From Eledone cirrhosa (Eukaryota), in assembly GCA_964016885.1 (NCBI GenBank), contig OZ024742.1:276830001-276894000 (forward strand): DNA of 64,000 nucleotides, written 5' to 3'. The translations under genes and the position numbers were made by a program. The notes below the pieces were generated by a model. It saw only the letters and a program-made list of their open reading frames with translations, did not search any database and was not told the DNA's origin. This document shows positions 50,496 to 62,367 of the stretch, piece by piece (position 1 is the stretch's first letter; each line of letters begins with the position of its first letter).

Positions 50496-51270
50496 TTATC
50501 CATATAGCTTGAGGAAAGTTCCCATCCTTAGGTGTCTGCAGGCACCGAATAAGTCGGCCCTTCTGTTTAATAGCGTGGTTCCGCCATGAAGAATCTCGAG
50601 TGTCTCACTAAGACAGAGGTTGCAAATACCAGACCCGCCTGTCTGGGGGAACCTTTCTAACCACGGACCAGACCAGTGAGTGCGGGGTCTTTTCAAGTTT
50701 GAGCTTCCAGATCAGTTCAGAAAGGGCCGTACATTTCCTCTTATCTATTCTGTTAAAGGAATGACGATGGTTATGCCACCGAGCTTTGAAGCTCGTCGTT
50801 GTGGATCCTATGTAGTGGTGCTCCGAGTTAGGGGTTGTGACCTTGCACCTGTATACCACGTTTTTGGTCATGCATTCATTACTAAGGGGGCATAGCGACA
50901 GGTCTCTACAATTACATGACTTCTTAAGCCCCACCACATGTACCGCGTGGTTAGCATCACTCGGGGTTGGCTGGGTAGCCTCCGCAATCAGCAGAGGGTC
51001 GTTGAGTTCCGGTGTGCTAGTTGGGCCTGTCTGGGTTCCGATGCGTCCCGCGTTCTGGTTCTGTTGGGTGGCTCCGGGGTTTACGGTGGTATTAGAGGCA
51101 GTGAGCCTATTCCTATTTATGCCAGCTATGTGCTGGGCTACGGAGCGTGTGGTTGAGTAGGAAAGTTTCACCGTGTGCCTGTTGAATATTTTATGGTACT
51201 TATGGGCCCTTGGGAAACATATATCCAGTACTCTAAAGAATTTTTTAGCCAGGCTGGTGCGTAGACCCAC
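50496..51270 (-). pseudogene. Penelope GIY-YIG endonuclease (frameshifted)
   Basis: KYHKIFNRHTVKLSYS, CNCR....CPL, NVVYRC, YIGSTTTSFKARWHNH, CNLCLSE. Confidence 0.9.
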
Positions 51271-51704
51271 CGAATCCGGAGGGTTATACTATGTGACCTT
51301 CCTGGTCCTATTCTTGCGGGGTTGTTGGGTGTTTGCCGTGGGCACTCGCGTGGTTGTGCACAGCTCAGGTCGAGCTCGGTTGGTGTCACTTGGGTGTGCG
51401 GAGCGGTCACTATCATGAGGGTTATATAGGCCCACCGTGGGGCTATAAATCTGCGAGGCGCGGCCTCCCTACTCAATTAGGATTCGGCATGTGGTGGGGC
51501 CAGTGCAGGGGTGCCTATGCTCCGCAGCACAGTGGTCTTCATATATATATTTCGTTGACAAATATATCAATATGCCCAGACATGCAGATATATTGCCCTT
51601 GGTATGACAGTGTGGTTTTAGCTCAATGTAGGATAACTAGTATACTACAGAGCCGTTATAATTATAGGAATAACCAAAGAGTGCTTAGAAATACATTGTT
51701 TTAT

Positions 51705-51754
51705 TAGCTAACAGTGTTTCATCCATACACCATGGCAGGAATCATCAGAGCCTA
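51705..51754 (-). ncRNA. Minimal type I hammerhead ribozyme candidate
   Basis: taggct-CTGATGA-ttcc..ggat-GAAAC-act-GTT-agcta on -. Confidence 0.65.
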
Positions 51755-52522
51755 TAAACATGAGTATATCAGTAGTTGCATGCTCCATCGAGCTGCGTCA
51801 CCAGAACAAGGTTAAAGGACCAGCAGGGGGGTCCCGAGGCCAGCGCTATATGGAAAAAGACAGAATACATGATGCACATAATGTCATAAAATGTCTTAAA
51901 AATTAAAAAATTAAAAATTTAATATTACACCAAAAATTTATCACTTAAATGGTGCAATAGAGGATAAAGAGGTTGGGAGAGGGTAGCAAGGGATGAGTGA
52001 CGGTATTACTCAGCATGATCAGAAACAATAAGAAAATGATAAAAAAATAAAATAAATAAAAAATAATAAAAAAATGCTTGCAAACTCTCTTGATCTGCCT
52101 GTACACCCTCTTTTTGCACTGCTTGTGCTTTGATGCATCTATGCTTTGCTTTGGCTTATATTTTGGGGGGGTTTCCGGGCTTTTTGTTCCGTTATTGTTT
52201 TGTATTTTTATATTTATCTCTTTTCTTATTTTTGTATTTTTTTTATTATTATTATTATTTATTTATTTTTCTTATTTTCTTATTGTTTCTGATCATGCTG
52301 AGTAATACCCTCACTTATCCCTTGCTACCCTCTCCCAACCTCTTTATCCTCTATTGCACCATTTAAGTGATACATTTTTGGTGTAATTTTATGGCATTAT
52401 GTGCATCATGTATTCTGTCTTTTTCCATATAGCGCTGGCCTCGGGACCTCCCTGCTGTCCTTTAACCTTGTTCTGGTGACGCAGCTTGATGGAGCATGCA
52501 ACTACTGATATATTCATGTTTA

Positions 52523-52572
52523 TAGGCTCTGATGATTCCTGCCATGGTGTATGGATGAAACACTGTTAGCTA
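52523..52572 (+). ncRNA. Minimal type I hammerhead ribozyme candidate (inverted copy)
   Basis: CTGATGA at 52529-52535, GAAA at 52557-52560; same sequence as the - copy. Confidence 0.65.
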
Positions 52573-52943
52573 ATAAAACAATGTTTTTCTAAGCACTCTT
52601 TGGTTATTCCTAAGGTAAAGTTAACGTAGATATAACTACTGTTCTTAAATTAAAAGCCTTCATTGTGAAAAGAATTGAAGTTTAAATACACAGGAAAACA
52701 CAAGAGATTATCTTGATGGATTTCAAAAAGTTTTGTGTCCTTGTTGGAGGACACTTATGATACTATGCATTAAGGAATATTACTATAACAACTCTATATA
52801 TGTAAGATATAGAAAATACCTTTTAAAAAAATCTTCAAATATATGCTGAGTTCTAGCATAGATACTTATAATTTAATTAATTAAAAAACTATGGCTACAC
52901 TTTGAGTTGGGTTAGGCTCCTTGAATCAGTGCCATCTAGTACC

Positions 52944-53051
52944 GGGTTCCAAATTTATGGTTCCGCTCTGAGATGGGTCGGGTTCCAAAACTATGGTTCC
53001 GCTGTGAGATGGGTTGGGTTCCAAAACTATGGTTCTACTCTGAGACAGGTT
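52944..53051. repeat. 36-bp tandem repeat x3
   Basis: gggttccaaaactatggttccgctgtgagatgggtc-like units. Confidence 0.85.
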
Positions 53052-53499
53052 CGGCGCGGTCACCTGGCCTGTCCCTCTTCATAACGGAACCATCCAGTTT
53101 CACACTGTAAATGTGGTTGGTGTTAGGAAGGGCATCCAGCTGTAAAATACCTGGCCAAACTTACAGTCCTTGTTGGAGCAAGGTACGGCGTGGCCAACTC
53201 TGGCCAGACTTGCCTCCCAGCGTGGACAACTCATCTAATCCATGCAAGCATAAGAAAAATGGACGCTAAACGGTGATGATGATATTGCCAAAAGTATGAA
53301 GATCATATAAATTAGACTACTTCAGCAAATTTCTATGTCCTGTAGTTAGGCTTTTATTCAGTTTACAGCTACCAAATTTTACTTGCTACTTTTTTCTATA
53401 TTTTGGAAGAGAAAGTTAAATGAATCCTGATGAGTCATGAGAATGACAAAAGTAGTTATTTCAATCCTCATTCCAAACTACTGAAAGCCCTATGGTTTA

Positions 53500-53880
53500 A
53501 CGTATAGAGTTACGGCCCTTGCCATTCTGAGTTCAAATCTCGCCGAGGTTAACTTTGCCTTTCATCCTTACGGGGTCGATAAAATAAAGTACCAGTAATG
53601 CACTGGCTAATTGTTGGCCTTGTGCCAAACGTAGAAACAATTATTATAAATAGTTGAAGAGTGGTGGATTGGCAGTGTGGGTAGAGTGTCAGACAACATG
53701 CTTTGCAGCATAGAGTTGCGGCCCTTTACGTTCTGAGTTCAAATCCCAGCAAAGTTAGCTTTGCCTTTCATCCCTATGGGTTTGATAAAATAAAGCACCA
53801 GTGAGTACTAGGGTCGATTTAATCGACTTTCCATCCCTCTTCAAATTGCAGGCCTTGTGCCTAAATCAGAAATCATTATA
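53500..53880 (+). mobile_element. Two tandem Nin-like tRNA SINEs
   Basis: Family consensus seen twice. Confidence 0.8.
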
Positions 53881-54226
53881 GGCAATATATGACAAACAAA
53901 CATGTTATTAACTTTTAGAGTTGAGTCCAAATTCTCTCATAAGTCTGTAAAAGCAATCATCATCGCCATTGTCATCATAACCATCATCATCACCATTTAA
54001 TGTCTATGTTTCCATGGGTTTTCCCATATTGAGGCTAGACTGGTTAGGTGACCACATCTTGCCTATATGTTCTGTTTATGACCAGATACCTTTCCTATTG
54101 CCAACCTCTTAACAGTGAGTACTGGGATCATTTTATCATAACTCCAGCATTACCACTTTACATGGTGGACTGAGTGCTTTCCTTTTTTCATGGCACCAGT
54201 ACAACCACTTTTGAGGGTGGTCTGGG

Positions 54227-54500
54227 CAGGGTTGGATTTAGACCTTGGGGGGCCTGGGTCACCTCATGTTTGGGGAGCCCCTCATACAACCCCCCTCCCC
54301 CCATTTTACATATCAAAGTTAGCTTAGAGCAAGTAATTGGAATTGAAAAGTTATACATACAGGTATTACATTCAGAAATTCTAACCATCCTAAAACTAAA
54401 AAGCCCAGCTGAAGGCACAAATAAATTAGTATGGCCATCACTGGTGCCCCCCCCCCCCCCCGGTAATTGCCCATATTGCTCTCCATTAGATCTGGCCCTG
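54227..54500. mobile_element. MITE, probably hAT-like, inserted in an RTE-tail repeat
   Basis: TIR cagggttggattta / tagatctggccctg; imperfect 8-bp flanks ggtctggg and gccctggg. Confidence 0.55.
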
Positions 54501-54723
54501 GCCCTGGGTGCTTTTTTGTGTGACACCAATACTACAAACTTCACCATTTCATTAACTTGTAGTCCAAATTCTCTCAGAATTTAATTTAAAGTTTCTTTTT
54601 AACTGTTGATATTTCATCTCCAGTAGTGAGTGCTTAGAACTAATGTTGATTTTACAGTATATATGATGCCATGACATAATAAGTTTCCTAAATCAGAAAC
54701 AGGTTTAAATGAGTTAAACAAAC

Positions 54724-54816
54724 CTTCTCAGAAGCAGTAGCCAGTTTTGTCCCTTGTGGATTAAATACTAAAGCTGCTAAGGGGTTATCATGTGCCGGGA
54801 TCATTGTTAAAGCACG
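54724..54816 (-). CDS. WIPI2: WIPI2 exon ([31 protein letters not shown])
   Basis: 93 bp, AG/GT, phase 0-0. Confidence 0.95.
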
Positions 54817-55336
54817 CTGTAAAAACAAAAGCAGAGTATTTATTAGGAAAAATGAGTTAAACAATGGTAGGTTTACATAAAATTTCATATGCCTGATAAA
54901 TGTAAAAATAAAATGCCTAAACTGAATAAAATATTTTATAGATTATTATTGGCATATTTTACTTCTAATATTACATATTGTTTATTTATTTACTAAATAT
55001 TTGTATGCATAGTTATGCCTTACATTACAGTAACTTGCCAACTATGAAATAATTGCTTTTACATTTGGCACAAGGCCAGCAATTTGAAGGGAAATGGAAA
55101 GTCAATTAAATCGACCCCAGTGCATTACTGGTACTTTATTTTATTTTATCAACCCCCATAACGATGAAAGGCTAAGTTAACTATGACAGGATTTGCACTC
55201 AGAACATAAAGGGCTTTAACTATATGCCACAAAGCATGTTGTCCAACACTATTAATACTGCCAGTCCACCAACCATGAAGTAATAATAATAATATTTAAG
55301 AGTTGTAATTGGCCGACACATTCTATTCCAATATCT

Positions 55337-55534
55337 TTAACCTTTTAGCACTTAAACTGGTTGTATCCAGCCAGAATTCTCTCACCTCTTTCTGTCCAAA
55401 CTGGCTGTAACTAGCCACTCATACTGGCGTTAAGGTGTTGTTCTCAATAGAAATAATATAAAAATCTCATAGATTCGATATTACTGCGAAAATACAATAG
55501 TATATATAGAGTAATGTAAATGCTAAAGGGTTAA
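55337..55534 (+). mobile_element. piggyBac-like MITE copy
   Basis: TTAA flanks and TIRs. Confidence 0.82.
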
Positions 55535-55655
55535 AGATGCTTCCATCTTGCTGATTCAGTGCAGCAAGTTATTACCTAGTTTACTACTATACTTGTTTAT
55601 CGTAGTTTCTAAAAATGAGCAGCATAGACTGGAAATAAATTCAGTTTTTCCTTAC

Positions 55656-55850
55656 CAAGGTCATTGTGTCAAAGATCTGCACCTCTCCAATCTGGTTACT
55701 GCCTGGATATGCAAGGAAGCAGTTATCATTACTGGAAGAGAAGACACAGAGGCCCTGCGGATTGGGTGGTGTATCTCGGATTGTATGCAATACTTTCATA
55801 TCGCGAATGTTGTGAATGTACAAACTTTCTTCCAAGCATACTATCAAGCG
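55656..55850 (-). CDS. WIPI2: WIPI2 exon ([31 protein letters not shown]...[11 protein letters not shown])
   Basis: 195 bp, AG/GT, phase 0-0; closely matches vertebrate WIPI2. Confidence 0.97.
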
Positions 55851-55996
55851 CTGAAATATTTCAAGAGAAAATAGAAAATGTTAAATGAATAATAATGATT
55901 AAAAAAAACAAAACAAGTTATTAAAAGCAAACAGGAATTTCTACTTGGAAATATATGTTATTTTGCATATACACCCTCATTATTTTTTGGAAATGT

Positions 55997-56319
55997 TTAA
56001 CCTCTTCAGTGCTGCAGACGAGATAACTCGTCCTAACATGTATGCATTCCAGTGCTATGGATGAGATAACTCATCCTAGCATGTTTGAACTCTTTTACAA
56101 CAGATCATAACTTCAAAGTTATGAACTTGTTTCCAATAGTTCATAACTTCACAGCTAGATGGGGTTACTAGTTTATTGATGTGACATTTGTCAATCATTC
56201 AGATATGTGTTGTTAATAAATGTTTGTTTAAAAAAATAGTCATTTTACTGAAAAAAAAACCAAAAAACTGGCACAGCAACTGTAGCTGTGTAAAATATAC
56301 GTAGCAGTCAACAGGTTAA
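55997..56319. mobile_element. piggyBac-like MITE of another family
   Basis: TTAA-CCTCTTCAGTGCTGC...GTAGCAGTCAACAGG-TTAA; internal ~43-bp duplication. Confidence 0.55.
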
Positions 56320-57539
56320 ATATGTGTGTTTACATCAATGTTATATAGATTAGTTAATTTTGTAATGGATTGAAGGAATTGTTTTACAATTCCTAACATT
56401 AATCATGTAACTGTGAAATGGTACATATTTTACAGATGGGTAGCTGTGCTCCAACAGAATTATAGTACAGAGGTGATCAATGAAACATTTAGGAGTGATG
56501 TACAGGTCTAGTACTGCAAATATACTATATTTCAGGCTGGTTTAGGGGCTAATTGTTTGAAATTGGTTGGATATATATTTGTAGTGGCTGCATCAATCAG
56601 AACTATGAATTGTATCCACTAAATATCTTTGAATATAAATAATGTTTATCCCATGCTAGCGTGGAAAAATGGATATTAAACGGTGATGATGATGATGATG
56701 ATGAACTAAAGTAAATTAATGTTTATTGCAGATTTGAACTCAAGACCTATGAGTTACTAGTTAATTACTTTAACCACTTTGCTATGATGTTTATATTATG
56801 TGTTCTGCCATTGAAATGTTCTTACATATATAAAGATAGAAATCGAATTCTAAGAGATACAGCCTACTAATAAAGTGATATTTTCCTTGATTATATTTTC
56901 ATTGTAAAAGGTGGCAGTGAAATCAGGCTGCATATCAAATATGTTGACAAGGCGAGCATATGTTGTTTCTATGGTAGGAGAAGTGGACGATCAAGCAATC
57001 TCACCAACACTAATAATTTCTTTTTTATGAGCCTCTACATGGTTACTTGATATTTGATCTAGTAATACCAGTAGCCAAATCTACTTTACCTCACACCCTA
57101 CTGTCTTAGAAAATGAAACAATGCACTGGACAATGTAGCCTTAAAAAGACAAGATAGTCATAGCTGGAATGAATACCTTTGATCATAAACCTGCTCAATT
57201 AGGACTGGCATGGGACTAAACAACAATAACAGCTACTACTCTTTTATTTCCGACTGATATATTTCAAAGGAAGTAGTGTTAATGTGGAAGAATGAGGAGT
57301 TCTGGGGCAGTGGAACTGACATTAAGTTGTACTAAAAGTGACATGCTCATGCACTGTTAAGCTTTTCATACTTTTCTCTTCTTAGTTAAAATTATTCTAT
57401 GTGAATAAAGTAGTATAGTTAATAAGAAGCATTGTGTGATATGTAATAAATGACTGATAAGTTTCAGAAAACCGGTAGAATACGGTAGAAAGATATAAAG
57501 AGCGAAGGATGACAAATAAAACAAAATAAAGTAATGTTT

Positions 57540-58165
57540 TTTAACCAATATATTTCAACATGATATTTCAGGGCTAATACCCTCTTTTCAAATGTGAAAT
57601 GGAAATGGTTCAAAACAAAAACGAATGATTGATGTATTTTTCCTTAACTGGTCTATATGTCTGAAGTATGCATGCTTGGAGTCATTATATTAGTTTCATC
57701 CATTTCCAATCTATTATTTATCTGTGTTTTTTTCTTGTTGATGATAATGGCCTCTTTGATTCTTAAATTATGCACATTCCTTTCCATCACCTTTATGGCG
57801 ACCTTAATGTCTTGGCTGCAGCATCTATCAAGATGTTTTTTAACAGAAGAAGCTTTCGTCATCATGTGCTCCTTGATCCCTATGTGCAGATTCCAGACGG
57901 TACTTCCAAATTACGAGCAGCTACATTTTTACATGTGACCCTGTAGACCACATACGCTCTCATGCACACTTCTGTGTTATTGATGGGACAATTAGGAAGT
58001 GTGCACATATCAATGTATGTAGGTTGGTGCCTGTAGAGTAGTTTCCTCAATGAAGGTCTAGAGTGTTCCAGCTGTATATTCAGGCCCTCCCTATGCATAA
58101 CTTGCTTGATGGCAGTGATTGTCTTCTCATTGAAACATTGAAATGCAGCGGCTTTAGGTAGCATA
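57540..58165 (-). mobile_element. Penelope-like GIY-YIG remnant
   Basis: VVYRVTCK, RIKEH, LRIKEAIII....IN; degenerate hammerhead-like stem near 57565-57592. Confidence 0.7.
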
Positions 58166-58199
58166 TGTCACCACTAGAGGCACGTGTCCTTGTTCTTAT

Positions 58200-58700
58200 A
58201 AGTATTACTGCTTTGGCATTTCAGGGGTAAGCTACATCTATCATCAAGCAAGATTTTTTTCCCTTGTCAAAAACCATCAAGTCAGGTCTATTGTGTTCTA
58301 ATATTTTATCTGTTGGTATCCTGAAATCCCACAGAACTTTACCTGATCGTTTTTCTATTGAATTGTTTTTTCAGATAAAGTGTTGAAAATCTGGATATTG
58401 TGAGATAGTGGATTGCAATCAGTGGTCTTAGGTATCACTAAATTTGTCTCCATCAACTGTCCATAACCTTTCTCATTCACACTGTTCCCAAAAGAAGCTT
58501 TCTGGAATAATGCTATAGGGTACCCAATTTTCATTTCCTTTATCAAATGATCAAATTTAAGGGGTGCAGTTCCAAAGGCACCTATTACTACTGGTTTAAC
58601 CTTTTTCAATTACCACAAACACACAATCTCATACTTTAATGGATTGTAATTTTTCTCCTTTTCCTCTTCTTTATCCTTCATTCTTAAGATAAATGAGCAT
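58200..58700 (-). mobile_element. R4/Dong-like RLE LINE remnants
   Basis: LWDFRIPTDKILEHNRPDL; VVIGAFGT..LFQKA. Confidence 0.7.
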
Positions 58701-58899
58701 TAGGGGTCTATTATATATCCACATTTCTGTTTTTTGTCCACCACAGTTATGTCTGGCTTATTGTACTCCAATAACTTGCCTATCTGTAGTACAATCTTCT
58801 GATTCAATTACTTTTTCTGACTTATGGTTGTACTACTTATCTTCACTCAAATACCCACTTCTGGCAGACATATTATTACTATTATTATTATTATCATTA

Positions 58900-59390
58900 T
58901 TATTGGCAGGCAGTATTGGTAGAATGTCAGACACTATGCTTTGCAGCATGTAGTTATGGCCCTTTATGTTCTAATTTTGGCACAAGGCCCACCAATTTTT
59001 CTTTTCTTTTTTTTTTTTTGATGAGGTGGAGTCAATTATATCAATACCAATACTTAACTGGTACTTTATTTTATCAACCTTGGAAGATTGAAAGGCAAAG
59101 TTGGTGTTGGCAAGATTTGAACTCAGAATATAAAAAGTCATAACTAAATACCACAAAGTATTTTGACCAATGCTCTACCAATACTACCAATCCAGCACTC
59201 TTCCCAATGCCCTTAATAATAATTGTTTCTACTTTAGGCACAAGGCCAGCAATTACGCCAGTGCATTACTGGTGCATTATGTTATGAACCCCGTAAGGAT
59301 AAAAGGCAAATTTAACCTCGGAATAAAGAATGTAAGGGGACGTAACTCTATGCGGGAAAGCATGGCGTCCGACCCTCTACTGATACTGCC

Positions 59391-59430
<40 letters not shown>
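58900..59430. mobile_element. Nin-like SINE cluster ending in (AAT)n
   Basis: Family consensus fragments in both orientations. Confidence 0.7.
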
Positions 59431-59433
<3 letters not shown>

Positions 59434-59549
59434 TTGACAGTTGAACAAAGGCTGTAACATAACACAAATGGAACATGGAAATACAAAAATAGTTCAACAT
59501 GGCTGCAGTAAAAACTTGGAACTCAATAGACAACTAATGCAATACTTAC

Positions 59550-59716
59550 ATGCCGGTTTAGGCAAACTGCCAAAATAGAGCTGGAATAACTGTAATTGCA
59601 AATTTCTGCACTTTTTTTGAAGTGACATACTTTCAGTTTCCGTGGAGACTGTAAGCTGACAATGGCAACTAGGCTGCTGGAGAACAGACGCTCCACTATG
59701 CAAATGTCTTCATTCA
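59550..59716 (-). CDS. WIPI2: WIPI2 exon ([55 protein letters not shown]); the most 5' exon found here
   Basis: 167 bp, AG/GT, phase 1-0; strong match to WIPI2. Confidence 0.96.
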
Positions 59717-60413
59717 CTGCAAAATAATAATAATAATAATAATAATGATTTAATAATGATGATGATGATGACGACAATGACGACGACAAAATTTATGTTA
59801 TTACTGAAAGATTGAAATATTCAATAAACACATAGGCAATGGGGAATTGAAATTATGTTATGATTGGAATTTTCATGTCCCATTTTTTTTTGTGTGCATG
59901 AACGCATTGGTTAGATATGTACATGTAACCAAGTGCATGCAAATAGACGAGTATCTCTCTCTCTGTGTCAGCGTGTGTATATTTATACATGTTCACTTAG
60001 ACCAACAGAACTCTGTAGGCAAGCTGGAAAAGCAAATACAAAAAATTTGCAGGACAGTTGCAAATTTTTATGAGTGAGCAGTCCAATGAATATGAATGTT
60101 ATAAATTTTATTTGGATATAGAGAAATTGATAAAACCAAGTACACGGGAAGGAAGAGACTGCTAACACATTGACATAGTAAAGCTCTAATATGGTGTCGT
60201 CCAGTAAGTTGATCCCTCAGATGGGCTGGGGAAGAGGCTCCATCTCTCATATCTGTTCCTATATCCATGCACTCTACTGAGTGCATTTTATTAAGGCACT
60301 AGCATCAGAGAAGCTGTCATGTCTTTGATACAGCTGAAGAGTCCTGGCAGAAATACTATCAGGATGATTTGCTACACAAGTATAAGAATACAAGAGTATA
60401 TATATATATATAT

Positions 60414-62140
60414 AGAGGGACCAGCAGTGTTAGTCGAGGGTAGTATAATAAGTAAGGCAATCAAGGATATGAAGACGGGTAAGGCAGCTGGGCCTTCGGA
60501 AATAGTTGCTGAGATGCTGAAGGCATCTGGCACGGTGGGACACACCATGGTCACCCGGATAGTTAACCATGTCGTACAGAATGGAGTTGTTCCGAAGGAC
60601 TGGCGTAGCAGCATCATCGTTAACTGTTATAAGGGTAAAGGAGATGCCCTAGATAGGAGTAACTATAGAGGCATTAAATTAATCGACCAGGACATGAAGG
60701 TCACGGAAAAAGTAATAGCGCAACTAATCAGAGAGAGAATTGACCTAGATGAAATGCAGTTCGGGTTTGTGTCAGGCAAAAGTACCACAGACGCTCTTTT
60801 CATTGTACGACAACTACAGGAGAAGTACCTAGCTAAAAGTAAACCCCTCTACTTAGCTTTTGTCGACTTGGAGAAAGCCTTCGACAGAGTCCCCCGTTCC
60901 ATTATCTGGTGGGCTCTTAGAAAACTAGGTGTCGACGAATGGCTTGTGAGAGCTATACAAGCCATGTATAAAGAAACAGTCAGCAAGGTTAGAATTAACA
61001 ACGAATATAGTGAAGAGTTTAGCGTAAAAGTTGGCGTCCATCAGGGCTCTGTTCTCAGCCCCCTACTATTTATTATTGCCCTTCAGGCTATAACAGAGGA
61101 GTTCAAGACCGGCTGCCCATGGGAACTCCTATACGCAGACGACCTAACACTCATAGCTGAATCAATGGCCAAGCTAGAGAAGAAATTCCAAACATGGAAG
61201 CACGGCCTAGAATCAAAAGGCCTTAAAATTAATCTGGCTAAGACCAAAGTTCTAGTTTGTAGGAAAGAAAACAAGGCGGCGGTCCCCTCCGGGAAGTGGC
61301 CATGCGCAGAGTGTAGGAAAGGCGTAAGTAGAAACTCCATTTTGTGTCAGAAATGCAAAGTATGGGTGCATAAAAGATGTAGTGGGATCACAGGTAAGCT
61401 AACTAAGAACACAGATTTTACATGTGGCCGGTGCTCTGGTGCAATAAGTAGCAGCAAGTGCCCACAAAATACTAGCTCTTTCAACTGCGCAGAGGGCTCT
61501 ATAGAAATAGTGGACAGCTTCCGTTACCTGGGTGACAAAATCAGCAGTGGGGGAGGGTGCTCTGAAAGTACAGTAGCTAGAGTCAGAACTGGATGGAAAA
61601 AGTTCAGAGAGCTTATACCACTATTAGCCGCTAAAGGGTTCTCTCTAAAATGAAAGGCAGGTTGTATGATGCCTGCATACGAACAGCAATGTTGCATGGC
61701 AGTGAGACCTGGGCATTGTGTGCAGAGGATATACGCAGACTAGAGAGGAACGAAGCTTGCATGTTCCGCTGGATGTGTAATAGTAATATACGTGAACGGC
61801 AAAGCATAAACGAACTAAGGAAAAAATTAGAAATAAGAGGGATCAGATGTTGTTTACTCGAGAGAAGGCTACGTTGGTATGGACACGTGATGCGCATGAA
61901 AGTCGATAGCTGTATAACAAAGTGCAGGGCAATAAAGATAGACGGTAGCCACGGAATAGGCAGACCTAGAAAAACCTGGGACGAGCTGATAAACTCCGAC
62001 CTCACACACTTACACCTCTCCAAGACAATGTCACTGGACCGAGACCTTTGGCGGTACTCAGTAATAGAGAAGACCCGCCTTACCTAAATACATAGTAAAA
62101 CCTACTACAGTCAGGAGGCATCTCTAACAAAATACACCGC
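60414..62140 (+). mobile_element. RTE LINE, 5'-truncated; RT plus PHD-like finger nearly intact, one frameshift at ~61650
   Basis: NYRGIKL, QFGF, DLEKAFD, HQGSVLSP, YADDL, HGSETW, GRPRKTW. Confidence 0.93.
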
Positions 62141-62144
62141 CACA

Positions 62145-62367
62145 TTTACTTTTAGCTAGGTACTTCTCCTGTAGTTGTCGTACAATGAAAAGAGCGTCTG
62201 TGGTACTTTTGCCTGACACAAACCCGAACTGCATTTCATCTAGGTCAATTCTCTCTCTGATTAGTTGCGCTATTACTTTTTCCGTGACCTTCATGTCCTG
62301 GTCGATTAATTTAATGCCTCTATAGTTACTCCTATCTAGGGCATCTCCTTTACCCTTATAACAGTTA
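62145..62367 (-). repeat. 223-bp inverted duplicate of 60621-60843
   Basis: Reverse complement appears identical by eye, including copy-specific variants. Confidence 0.9.

Larger units (their letters stand above)
50440..52612 (-). mobile_element. Penelope-like element fragment with inverted terminal (pLTR) repeats
   Basis: GIY-YIG ORF plus ~400-bp inverted arms at 51665-52073 and 52235-52612. Confidence 0.88.
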
